A stretch of 63,423 nt of DNA, the filler included. It is 4 parts of 4 records of this genome, joined end to end, with 100 filler letters (N's around TTAATTAATTAA, not from the genome) between each part and the next. Parts side by side here need not be neighbours in the genome. Positions count along the whole stretch, not along the records: positions 53,304 to 58,018 come from SRR20825010_922; positions 58,119 to 63,423 come from SRR20825010_968; 2 more parts are not named here. The stretch is one strand, 5' to 3'. Below the pieces are notes generated by a model that saw nothing but the letters and a program-made list of their open reading frames with translations, was not told where the DNA came from and did no database searches. Each line of letters begins with the position of its first letter. The stretch's first letter is position 1. The position numbers and the translations under genes were made by a program. Positions 54,877-63,423 of this stretch are shown here, one piece after another.

Positions 54877-57800
54877 ATGGGACAAAAGCAAAGTTCGACA
54901 ACAAAGACCCCGGTGAAACGACAACCGATCTCGGTTCGCGGGTGCCGTGTTCACAATTTGCGTGATGCTGATGTTGATATTCCTCGCGGGGAATTGGTCG
55001 TGATTTGCGGGCTTTCCGGCAGTGGAAAGACTTCGTTGGCTCTGGACACGCTGTATGCCGAGGGTCAACGCAGCTACATCGAGAGTTTTTCGGCGTACAC
55101 GCGGCAATATCTCAACCAGCTCGACAAGCCGGATTGCGACAATATTTCCGGGATTCCGCCCGCGATCGCGGTGACTCGAGCCTCGGCGGTGAAGACGAAC
55201 CGCAGCACCGTGGCCACGTCGACCGAGATTGCCGAGCACCTGCGGCTGCTGTTCGCCCGTGCATCGGAATTGGTGTGCTATCGGTGTGGCCAACCAGTCG
55301 TGATCGACAGCCCCCAAAGTGTCGCGGCCCAGCTCAGCGACCCGGCGGCAAAAGTTCAGCGGGCCATCGTGGGATTCGAACTCTGGTTGCCGGATCGAAA
55401 AGCCGCGTCGGAAATTTTGCTCGGCCTGCAGCAAGAAGGTTTCGTGCGTTTGATTTTGAAAGGCGAAACGTTTCAGTTGTCCGATGAAGACCGCAGCAAG
55501 ATGGCCAAGCGGATTGGATCGAAAGGGGTGACGGCGACGGTGGTCGTTGACCGGCTTTCCTCCTCGTCGGAAATATCTCGCTGGACGGAGTCATTGGAAA
55601 CCGCGATGACGGAAGGCAACGGTCGCGCGGTCGTGCTGTTTCAGTCCGACGCGGAAGATCGGTTCAAAGGGTTACCGACCCAATCAATCGACGGACGGGA
55701 GATGTTGCAGCGAGTGGCCAGCGATCGACATCGCTGCGATCACTGCGACATTGAATATCCGGACCCGGTCCCACGGGCGTTCAACTTCAATCATCCGATG
55801 GGAGCGTGTCCGGAGTGCGAAGGGTTCGGCGATGTCATCGGAATCGACATGGACCGGATTGTCCCCGACAAGTCCAAGTCGATTCGCGAAGGTGCGATTG
55901 CACCTTGGAATGCGCCTTCGTATCAACACGAATTGGAAGAGCTGCTGGCACTCGCGGACGATTATGACTTGCCGGTCGATGTGCCCTTCTCAAGCCTGAA
56001 GAAGAAACATCTGAAGTTGATCCATGAAGGCGTCCGCGAACGCAAGTTCGGTGGTTTGAATGGCTTCTTCGCTTGGTTGGACCGCAAGAAGTACAAAATG
56101 CACATTCGAGTGTTTGCATCGAGGTACCGCAGCTATCGGACTTGCCCGGCATGTGGTGGCGATCGGTTGAAACCCGAGTCGCTGGCCTACAAAGTTGGCG
56201 GGCACAATGTCTCCGAAATGTTGGCGATGCGTTGTGACGAGCTGGACCAGTTTTTGAGTGACTGGTTTGGTGCGGATGCTGAGAACGCCACAGCGACCGA
56301 TGCAACCACTGAGGGTGAAATCGTCGGGGAAAGATTGGTTGGCTATCAGACACAAGCTGAATTGTTGATCGCCGATCAGCAACGTCGACACACGATCGCC
56401 AGCGAACCGGTCCGGCAGATTCGCGATCGGTTGCGTTACCTGGACCAGGTTGGACTCGGTTATCTGCAGCTCAATCGCACGCTGCGAACGTTGTCCGGTG
56501 GTGAGACCCAGCGGATCGCATTGACGTTGGCTTTGGGCAGCACCTTGGTTGGCATGTTGTATGTGCTCGACGAACCGACGGCCGGTTTGCATCCAATCGA
56601 CGTGGAGCAATTGGTCGATGCAATCACTCAGCTTCGCGACCGTGGTAATACCGTGGTCGCTGTAGAACACAACGACACGCTGATCCAACTCGCCGATCGA
56701 GTGATCGAGATCGGTCCGGGGGCGGGCGTGGGCGGAGGTTTGGTGACTTTCGAAGGCACGCCGAAGCAGTTGGTGAAGGCCAAGGACAGTTTGACGGGGC
56801 GGTATCTTGGCAAGAACCGCAAGCGTTCGATCCAACTTGATTTGACCGATGGCCGCGTTCCCACCGGTTCATTGAAGCTATCCGGTGCGAGTGGTCACAA
56901 CCTCAGGGACATTGATGTTGAGTTTCCGCTGGGATGTTTGACGGTCGTCACCGGGCGATCAGGAAGCGGAAAAAGTTCGTTGATCCACGACACGCTGTTC
57001 GGAGCCGTTTCGACGCGATTGGCGGAACGTCGTGGCGAAGTGCCGTCCGCTGACATCGTCGCCAACACGCTTCCGTTTCAGTCCTTGCGTGGTGAAAACG
57101 CAATCGATGATTGTTTATTAGTCGATCAATCTCCGATCAGCCGCAGCCCGCGCAGTTGTCCAGTCACGTTTGCGAAAGCGTTTGATCCGATTCGGCAAGC
57201 GTTCGCTGAAACGGTGGATGCGAAGATTCGGAACTTCAAACCGGGGCACTTCAGTTTCAATTCATCGGCGGGGCAATGTTCGGCGTGTGAGGGAGCGGGC
57301 GTGCAAACGATCGACATGCAGTTTCTCGCGGATGTCTCGATGCGATGCGGAGAGTGTCGCGGGCGACGATATCGAGACGAGGTGCTGCAGGTCCGCTATC
57401 GCGATCGCACGATTGCGGACGTGTTGCAGATGACCGTTCGCGAAGCATCCGAATTCTTTCGCGAAATGCCAAAGGTGCAGAATAAACTGAAGCGGTTGAT
57501 TGACGTGGGGCTGGATTATGTCGCCCTGGGGCAACCCGCAACCACGCTTTCCAGCGGCGAGGCCCAACGTTTGAAGTTGGCAGCGTTCCTGGCGGGATCG
57601 AGCAAACGGCGGACGTTGTTCTTGATGGACGAGCCGACGACGGGATTGCACTTCGACGACATCCGACGATTGCTCAAGTGCTTTGATGCGTTGATCGACG
57701 AAGGGCATTCGTTGGTCGTGATCGAGCACCACCCCATGCTGATGGCGGCCGCGGATCAGATCATCGAAGTTGGTCCTGGTGCTGCCGAGAATGGCGGCCA

Positions 57801-57882
57801 AATCGTCGCCAGTGGGACTCGTGACGAAGTGGCGTCGGTCAACGACAGTCTGACCGGGCAAATCTTGCGGCAGATGCTTTGA
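54877..57882 (+). CDS. uvrA: Excinuclease ABC subunit A (paralog)
   Basis: GLSGSGKTSLA, YAEGQR, two LS(G/S)GE signatures, GRSGSGKSS, DEPT motifs and Zn fingers. Confidence 0.95.
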   Translation: MGQKQSSTTKTPVKRQPISVRGCRVHNLRDADVDIPRGELVVICGLSGSGKTSLALDTLYAEGQRSYIESFSAYTRQYLNQLDKPDCDNISGIPPAIAVTRASAVKTNRSTVATSTEIAEHLRLLFARASELVCYRCGQPVVIDSPQSVAAQLSDPAAKVQRAIVGFELWLPDRKAASEILLGLQQEGFVRLILKGETFQLSDEDRSKMAKRIGSKGVTATVVVDRLSSSSEISRWTESLETAMTEGNGRAVVLFQSDAEDRFKGLPTQSIDGREMLQRVASDRHRCDHCDIEYPDPVPRAFNFNHPMGACPECEGFGDVIGIDMDRIVPDKSKSIREGAIAPWNAPSYQHELEELLALADDYDLPVDVPFSSLKKKHLKLIHEGVRERKFGGLNGFFAWLDRKKYKMHIRVFASRYRSYRTCPACGGDRLKPESLAYKVGGHNVSEMLAMRCDELDQFLSDWFGADAENATATDATTEGEIVGERLVGYQTQAELLIADQQRRHTIASEPVRQIRDRLRYLDQVGLGYLQLNRTLRTLSGGETQRIALTLALGSTLVGMLYVLDEPTAGLHPIDVEQLVDAITQLRDRGNTVVAVEHNDTLIQLADRVIEIGPGAGVGGGLVTFEGTPKQLVKAKDSLTGRYLGKNRKRSIQLDLTDGRVPTGSLKLSGASGHNLRDIDVEFPLGCLTVVTGRSGSGKSSLIHDTLFGAVSTRLAERRGEVPSADIVANTLPFQSLRGENAIDDCLLVDQSPISRSPRSCPVTFAKAFDPIRQAFAETVDAKIRNFKPGHFSFNSSAGQCSACEGAGVQTIDMQFLADVSMRCGECRGRRYRDEVLQVRYRDRTIADVLQMTVREASEFFREMPKVQNKLKRLIDVGLDYVALGQPATTLSSGEAQRLKLAAFLAGSSKRRTLFLMDEPTTGLHFDDIRRLLKCFDALIDEGHSLVVIEHHPMLMAAADQIIEVGPGAAENGGQIVASGTRDEVASVNDSLTGQILRQML

Positions 57883-58018
57883 CGAGCAGGCAGAGTAGAA
57901 CGTTTGTCTCAAGCGTTTGAAGGTCATGCAGGTTTGAAGTGCTTTGCCCTTCAACCTGTTAAGCACGCCGCTTGCGCATTTTGAAGTCGCGCTTTTTCCT
58001 CGAATGGCCAACGGCCTC

Positions 58019-58118
58019 NNNNNNNNNNNNNNNNNNNNNNNNNNNNNNNNNNNNNNNNNNNNTTAATTAATTAANNNNNNNNNNNNNNNNNNNNNNNNNN
58101 NNNNNNNNNNNNNNNNNN
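58019..58118. other. Artificial contig spacer
   Basis: N run with TTAATTAATTAA. Confidence 0.99.
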
Positions 58119-59129
58119 CATCCGCTTGCCGAACTCGGCGTCATAATCCTTGCCGCCGCGCATCGAGCGGATCAGCGACATCACATGCCGGTAGCGGTCC
58201 GGGTAATGCCTGAGCAGCCAGTCCCTGAACAGCGGGCTCACCTCGATCGGCAGACGCAGCATGACGTAGCCCGCCGCATCCGCACCCGCGGCCTTGACCG
58301 AGTCGAGAATGCGCTCGATCTCGTGGTCGTTGAGGCCGGGAATGACCGGCGCCACCATCACCGAAACCGGAATGCCCGCGTTCGAAAGCGCCCTGATCGC
58401 TTCAAGCCGCCGTTCCGGCGTTCCGGCGCGCGGCTCCATGCTGCGCGCCAGCTTGCGGTCGAGCGTGGTCACCGACAGCGCCACCCGTGCCAGCCCCTTC
58501 GACGCCATGCGCGACAGGATGTCGATGTCGCGCATCACCAGGGCCGACTTGGTGACGATGCCGACAGGGTGGCCGGCAGCCTCCAGCACTTCGAGCAATT
58601 GCCGCATGATGCGCCATTGCTTCTCGACCGGCTGGTAGGGGTCTGTGTTGGTGCCGATCGCGATCGGCTGAACCTTGTAGCCGGGCCGCGACAGTTCCCG
58701 TTCCAGCAGCCGCGGCGCATCGGGCTTGGCAAACAGCCGGGCCTCGAAATCCACACCTGCCGACAGCCCCATATAGGCGTGCGTCGGCCTCGCGAAGCAG
58801 TAGACGCAGCCGTGCTCGCAGCCACGGTAGGGATTGATCGAGCGATCGAACGACAGGTCGGGAGACTGGTTGCGGGTGATGATCGTGCGCGGCTTTTCGA
58901 TCTGCACCTCGGTCTTGAACGGCGCCAGGTCCTCGAGACTGCTCCACCCGTCGTCGAAGACTTCGCGGGTGTTGATCTCGAAGCGGCCCGACATGTTCAG
59001 CCCGGCGCCGCGGCCGCGCACGCGGTCGTCGGCGACCCGCATGCCGCTCGCCGCCATCAGCGCATCGGCTTCGGCGGGGTTCAGGCCAGGCGCCAGCGCG
59101 GTCTGTTTCAATGTTGCAAGGCTCGGCAT
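58119..59129 (-). CDS. PA0069-family radical SAM protein (spore photoproduct lyase-like), 3' truncated
   Basis: SINPYRGCEHGCVYCFARP (CxxxCxxC) and GTNTDPYQP. Confidence 0.92.
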
Positions 59130-59203
59130 GAAACCTCCATCAGCACCCGGTTCGAGTTGGTCATTGGCTGCTGTTCATGATTATATTCCTAGTCCAATTG
59201 ATG

Positions 59204-59218
59204 GAACGAAGCAAGAAC
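59204..59218. promoter_or_regulatory. Alphaproteobacterial LexA (SOS) box
   Basis: GAAC-GAAGCAA-GAAC (GAAC-N7-GAAC) upstream of the radical SAM gene. Confidence 0.75.
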
Positions 59219-59303
59219 AAAATCAAGTGCCGAGCTCGAATGCCTTGGAAAACCGGGCTGGGTGTCATCTGGCATATCCGCTGCGCATGCATTAAAAGGA
59301 GCC

Positions 59304-59819
59304 ATGATCAGTGTTTTGATTGAATGCAAAAACGATGAAAAAGCCCTCGCAGTTACCTTGGCGGCGCTTGTTCATGGCGCTGTCGAGGGCCTCGTGGCCG
59401 AAGTGGTCATCCTTGATCGCGGCTCGCGTGACGGCACGGCTTTGCTGGCCGACGCAGCCGGTTGCCGGTTTCTGGAAAACCCGGATCTGCGGGATGTCGT
59501 CCGCTCGGCACGCGGCGACTGGCTGCTGCTGATCGAGCCGGGTGCGCGACCGCTTCTGGGCTGGGTCGACCATATCGGCCAGCACATGGCCGCCGGCCGC
59601 ATGTCGGCCCGGATGCGCCCGTCGCGGGAGTACCGGCTGCCGTTTTTCAAGCGGCTGAGACGCCGGATGTCGGCGCTGGAGCACGGCGTGCTGATCCCCA
59701 AGCGCCAGGCGATCGCCAATGCGAAGTCCGGCCAGTCGCTTGAAAGCCTCGGCCGCGGCCTGGCGATGACTCGGCTCAAATGCGAGATCGTCCCGGCAGC
59801 CGTGCTGGCGTTCCAGTAA
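59304..59819 (+). CDS. Short GT2-like glycosyltransferase
   Basis: ISVLI, VVILDRGSRDGT and ARGDWLLL; the DxD position is degenerate. Confidence 0.8.
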   Translation: MISVLIECKNDEKALAVTLAALVHGAVEGLVAEVVILDRGSRDGTALLADAAGCRFLENPDLRDVVRSARGDWLLLIEPGARPLLGWVDHIGQHMAAGRMSARMRPSREYRLPFFKRLRRRMSALEHGVLIPKRQAIANAKSGQSLESLGRGLAMTRLKCEIVPAAVLAFQ

Positions 59820-59835
59820 CGAGATCGTTGCCCGC

Positions 59836-60711
59836 CTAGCCGGCTGAAATCGTCCTGGTGGCGGCGATGAACCAGTCCGGCCGGTCAGCCCTCAGCTTCT
59901 CGGCCGCTAATGAGGCCGTTTCCGCATTCGCAAACACCCCGAAGCAGCTTGCGCCGGACCCCGACATCCGCGCGAAGCGCGCGCCCGCCAGATGCAGCGC
60001 GGAAAGGCACTGGTCTATTTCGGCAACCATGCTCTGCGCCGGCGGCTGCAGGTCGTTTCGCGTTCCCGCAAGCCACCCGAGAAAACGATCCTTGTCGTCA
60101 ACGCCTTCAGGATCGGGCAGGGGCGGGTTGTCGCGGCTCTCAAGCACGGCGAATACCTTCGGCGTCGAGACGCCGATGCGCGGATTGACGATCACCAGGT
60201 CAAGCGCGAAACCCAGTTCCACGGGCGCCAGCGTTTCGCCGATACCGCGGGCAATCAGCGGTTTGCCATCCAGACACATCGGTACATCCGCGCCGAGAGC
60301 GAGCGCGATCCGCGACAGGATCTCCTGGCCGGGTTCGTAACCCCACAGGGCGCACAGGGCTTTCAGCGTGGCGGCCGCATCGGCCGAGCCGCCGCCAATG
60401 CCCGAGGCCACGGGAAGCCGCTTGTCGAGCCGGATGTCGACCGGCGGCAATTCGATGCCGGAGTGCCGTGCCGCGTCACGCAGCGCATCGCGCGCCCGGA
60501 CCACCAGGTTGCTGCTTGCCGCTTCGGTTGCCAGCGCGGCCGCTTCCGGCCCCTCGAACTTGAACGAATCCCGCTCGGCCGGCTGAACGGTCACATGATC
60601 GCCCAGTTCGGTGAAGACGACGAGGCTCTCGATCAGGTGATAGCCGTCGGCCCGCCGTCCCGTGACATGAAGCGCCAGGTTGATCTTGGCCGGAGCATCA
60701 ATTCCTGGCAT
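59836..60711 (-). CDS. ispE: 4-(CDP)-2-C-methyl-D-erythritol kinase
   Basis: APAKINLALHV, PVASGIGGGSADAA and MSGSGASCF motifs. Confidence 0.96.
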   Translation of the reverse strand: MPGIDAPAKINLALHVTGRRADGYHLIESLVVFTELGDHVTVQPAERDSFKFEGPEAAALATEAASSNLVVRARDALRDAARHSGIELPPVDIRLDKRLPVASGIGGGSADAAATLKALCALWGYEPGQEILSRIALALGADVPMCLDGKPLIARGIGETLAPVELGFALDLVIVNPRIGVSTPKVFAVLESRDNPPLPDPEGVDDKDRFLGWLAGTRNDLQPPAQSMVAEIDQCLSALHLAGARFARMSGSGASCFGVFANAETASLAAEKLRADRPDWFIAATRTISAG

Positions 60712-62659
60712 CGACCCTCAGGGGCATGAATACTGTCTGGCCGGTATGAGCTGTCCCGGTATCGAGCCATGCCTGCTGTCTCTGGCCGCCGGCAGGAGAA
60801 AGGCCGCTCTTCTTGTCTGTACCCGCGCCCGCGCCGTCCTCGGGCGTCGCCGGTTGGCTGTCCTTGTCCGCCCCGTTGGCCGTTGCCGGAACAGGTTTTT
60901 CGGAAGCGGGAAGACCTTCGCTCAGCTTGCGCTCGATCTCCGGCTTCAGCTCTTCGGGTGGTTCATTGCTCAGCGCCCGCTTCCACTGGAACGTCGCTTC
61001 GAGTTCCCGGCCGACGCGCCAGTAGGCATCGCCGAGGTGATCGTTGATAGTCGGGTCGGCGGGCCTGAGCTCCACGGCGCGCTCGAGTTCGCGAACCGCG
61101 TCATCATACTCGCCCAGCCGGTAATGCGCCCATCCCAGCGAATCGACGATGTAGCCGTCATTGGGTCTCAGATCCACCGCCGCCCGGATCAGGTCCATGC
61201 CTTCCTCGAGATTGATGTTCATGTCGATCCACGAATAGCCGAGATAGTTCATCACCTGCGGCTGGTCGGGAAACAGCTCCAGCGCGCGCTTGAAGTGCGC
61301 TTCCGCCTTCGGCCACTGCTTCAGCCTTTCATGCGCAATGCCCGCCTGGAAGAACAGGTTCCAGTCGTTGCGCGTCGGCGTCGGCCCGACCATCGAAATC
61401 GCGGTCTCGTAGGTGAGCGCCATTTCGACATAATCCTTGTCCTGCGATAGCACACTGCCATAGGCCAGGTAGCTGCGCATATCCTTCGGGTCGGAGGCGA
61501 TCAGCGCCTTCAGGTGATCCTTGGCTTCACCGTTGCGGCCCAGATCCGCCAGCGCCAGCCCCAGCTGCAGTTCCGAAACCCGGCGCATCGGCGAGGTCTC
61601 GGGTACGGCCTGGTAGATCTTGATCGCTTCTTCCGCCTTGCCGAGCCGTTCGGTCAACCCGCCCAGAATCACCAGCGTCGCGGCATCGTTGGGATCGAGC
61701 GTCCGGGCAAACTGAAGATAGACCGCCACGGTTTCTTCCGCGCCCTCGCGGTTGAGCGCGCTGCCCAGCGTAAACAGCACCGCTGCCGATCCCTGCTGCG
61801 CCGTCATCACCCCCGCTTCGGGCTTGCCATCGTCCTCGATGAGCTGCCGGAGTGCTGCGAGTGGGGCGTAGCCGGGGGAGAAATCCTCGCCCGTGGCCAG
61901 CGCATCCAGCGCCGCGCGGTTGTTGCCCTCGCGTGCTTCCATTGCCGCCAGGGCCATGACTGCCCTGATATAGGTATCCGGCGCGGCCGCACCCGACTGC
62001 GGGTCGGCGATCAGGTCGGTGAAGTGTTTCCGGGCCTCTGCCTTGTTGCCCATGGCCTGCGCCATGGCGCCGGCATGGTAGCGGGTGAAGACCGGGTACC
62101 AAGGCGGTCCCTCAAGCGCCAGGATGGACTTGAGTGCTGCCTCGCCCTTGCCATCGCCAAATTCCGCCCAGGCAATCATCAGCGTGTTGAGCAGCCGGTC
62201 GATCGGATTGCTGTCTTGCGGACTGAGCAGCGAAGCGGCCTTGCGGTACTCGCGCTTGCTGGTCGCCTCGACCATCAGCGCCAGCCGCGAGACCTGCGCG
62301 ACGGCGGGGTCTTCCTTCAGTTCCCGCGCGATCACGACGCCTTCGGAAAAACGTCCGCCACTGAACAGCGCCACCATCAGCCGCTGCTTCACCTCGGTAT
62401 TTTCAGGGTCGAACTCCAGCGCCTTGCTGTAGAATTCGATCGCGCGGCTCGTGTCATTGTCGACATCGGCGGTGCGGGCTGCGAGATAGGCTCCGGCGAA
62501 GCCGAGAAAATTGGGTGGCTGATCCTGTTCCTGGGCTGCTGCCGCCACGGCCTGGACAGTCGCCGGACCCATCGCCCCGCCGATGGAAAGAAGGGCGCCC
62601 AGCGCAAGGCTGGCCGCAAACCGGGCTGTCGAATTTCGCCGCATCAAGTCCTGCCTCAT
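60698..62659 (-). CDS. Exported tetratricopeptide repeat protein (start uncertain)
   Basis: NYLGYSW, IVDSLGW and INDHLGDAYW TPR motifs; upstream of ispE. Confidence 0.92.
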   Translation of the reverse strand: MRQDLMRRNSTARFAASLALGALLSIGGAMGPATVQAVAAAAQEQDQPPNFLGFAGAYLAARTADVDNDTSRAIEFYSKALEFDPENTEVKQRLMVALFSGGRFSEGVVIARELKEDPAVAQVSRLALMVEATSKREYRKAASLLSPQDSNPIDRLLNTLMIAWAEFGDGKGEAALKSILALEGPPWYPVFTRYHAGAMAQAMGNKAEARKHFTDLIADPQSGAAAPDTYIRAVMALAAMEAREGNNRAALDALATGEDFSPGYAPLAALRQLIEDDGKPEAGVMTAQQGSAAVLFTLGSALNREGAEETVAVYLQFARTLDPNDAATLVILGGLTERLGKAEEAIKIYQAVPETSPMRRVSELQLGLALADLGRNGEAKDHLKALIASDPKDMRSYLAYGSVLSQDKDYVEMALTYETAISMVGPTPTRNDWNLFFQAGIAHERLKQWPKAEAHFKRALELFPDQPQVMNYLGYSWIDMNINLEEGMDLIRAAVDLRPNDGYIVDSLGWAHYRLGEYDDAVRELERAVELRPADPTINDHLGDAYWRVGRELEATFQWKRALSNEPPEELKPEIERKLSEGLPASEKPVPATANGADKDSQPATPEDGAGAGTDKKSGLSPAGGQRQQAWLDTGTAHTGQTVFMPLRVDARN

Positions 62660-62779
62660 GTTCGTTCTGGCCATGCGCCGGCCACGTGCCGAAGCATATC
62701 TAACCAACACAATGGCTTTTTTGGCGCAGGGCGGCAAGGCTTCAGCATGCCGCAGATGAGGGGCGATCCGGCCGGGATT

Positions 62780-63423
62780 CTAGCTGGCCCGGTTCACGCA
62801 GAAGGCGATCACTTCCAGAAGCGCCGATTTCTCCGCCGAATCGGGCAGGGGAGCGAGCGCGTCGCGCGCGATCGAGGCATAGTGCTCGGCCCGCGCCGTG
62901 GTGTCCTTCAGGCTGCCATACTTGGTGATCAGCCCCATCGCCTTTTCCAGCGCCTGGTCGTCGCTCTTGCCGCCCTCGATAGCCTCGCGCCAGAAAGCCC
63001 GCTCCGATTCGGAACCGCGGCGGTAGGCCAGCACCACCGGCAGGGTGATCTTGCCTTCGCGGAAATCGTCCCCGACATTCTTGCCCAGGTCGCGCGCCGA
63101 TCCGCCATAGTCGAGTACGTCGTCGATCAGCTGGAAGGCGAGGCCGAGATTCATGCCGTAGGACCTGAGCGCATTGCGTTCGGCCTTGCTGGCGCCGGCC
63201 ACGATCGGGCCGACTTCGCAGGCGGCCGAAAACAGCGCCGCCGTCTTCGACCGGATCACGGCCAGGTAGTCATCTTCCGTCGTTTCCATGTTCTTGGCGA
63301 CGGAAAGTTGCAGCACTTCGCCTTCGGCAATCACCGAAGCGGCGGTCGACAGCACGTCCAGCGCTTCCAGCGAGCCGACCTCGACCATCATCTTGAAGGC
63401 CTGGCCGAGCAGGAAATCGCCGA
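62780..63423 (-). CDS. ispB: Polyprenyl (octa/decaprenyl) diphosphate synthase, 5' truncated
   Basis: GEVLQ, KTAALF, AFQLIDDVLD and GKNVGDDFREGKITLP motifs. Confidence 0.92.
   Translation of the reverse strand, partial: GDFLLGQAFKMMVEVGSLEALDVLSTAASVIAEGEVLQLSVAKNMETTEDDYLAVIRSKTAALFSAACEVGPIVAGASKAERNALRSYGMNLGLAFQLIDDVLDYGGSARDLGKNVGDDFREGKITLPVVLAYRRGSESERAFWREAIEGGKSDDQALEKAMGLITKYGSLKDTTARAEHYASIARDALAPLPDSAEKSALLEVIAFCVNRAS

Noticed and set aside
33530-59129. Ligase, 'DNA repair ATPase', uvrA and radical SAM as one DNA repair island
   Set aside because: They are spread over three unrelated contigs, and the ATPase context points to membrane function

Overview
The window is not one locus. 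It is four unrelated contigs joined by N-spacers that carry a TTAATTAATTAA all-frame stop linker; taxa below are inferred from gene content and protein style, not from a search. Contig 1 (1-27800, gammaproteobacterium, Alcanivorax-like) carries rnfABCDGE, gltS, nth, ohr/ohrR, a porin, cysM-exonuclease-rlmD-relA-mazG and a partial barA/gacS. Contig 2 (27901-53203, Marinobacter-like) carries cysK, a signal-peptide-bearing ATP-dependent DNA ligase, a divergent membrane-remodelling cluster (YqiJ-like, flotillin and a 1749-aa AAA+ ATPase versus YjfI, PspA, a putative tandem RHH regulator and a Zn-ribbon rhomboid) and a T6SS vgrG-DUF4123-MIX effector-immunity cassette. Contig 3 (53304-58018, Rhodopirellula-like) has a DUF1080 protein and uvrA. 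Contig 4 (58119-63423, Rhizobiales-like) has a radical SAM gene with a LexA box, ispE, a TPR protein and ispB. Two observations stand out. First, three successive rnf intergenic spacers are each filled by a heptamer-repeat mini-ORF that is ATGA-coupled to both neighbours, suggesting 'translational relay' inserts. Second, the PspA/flotillin/giant-ATPase/rhomboid system has two TGACA-N5-TGTCA palindromes in its divergent promoter.
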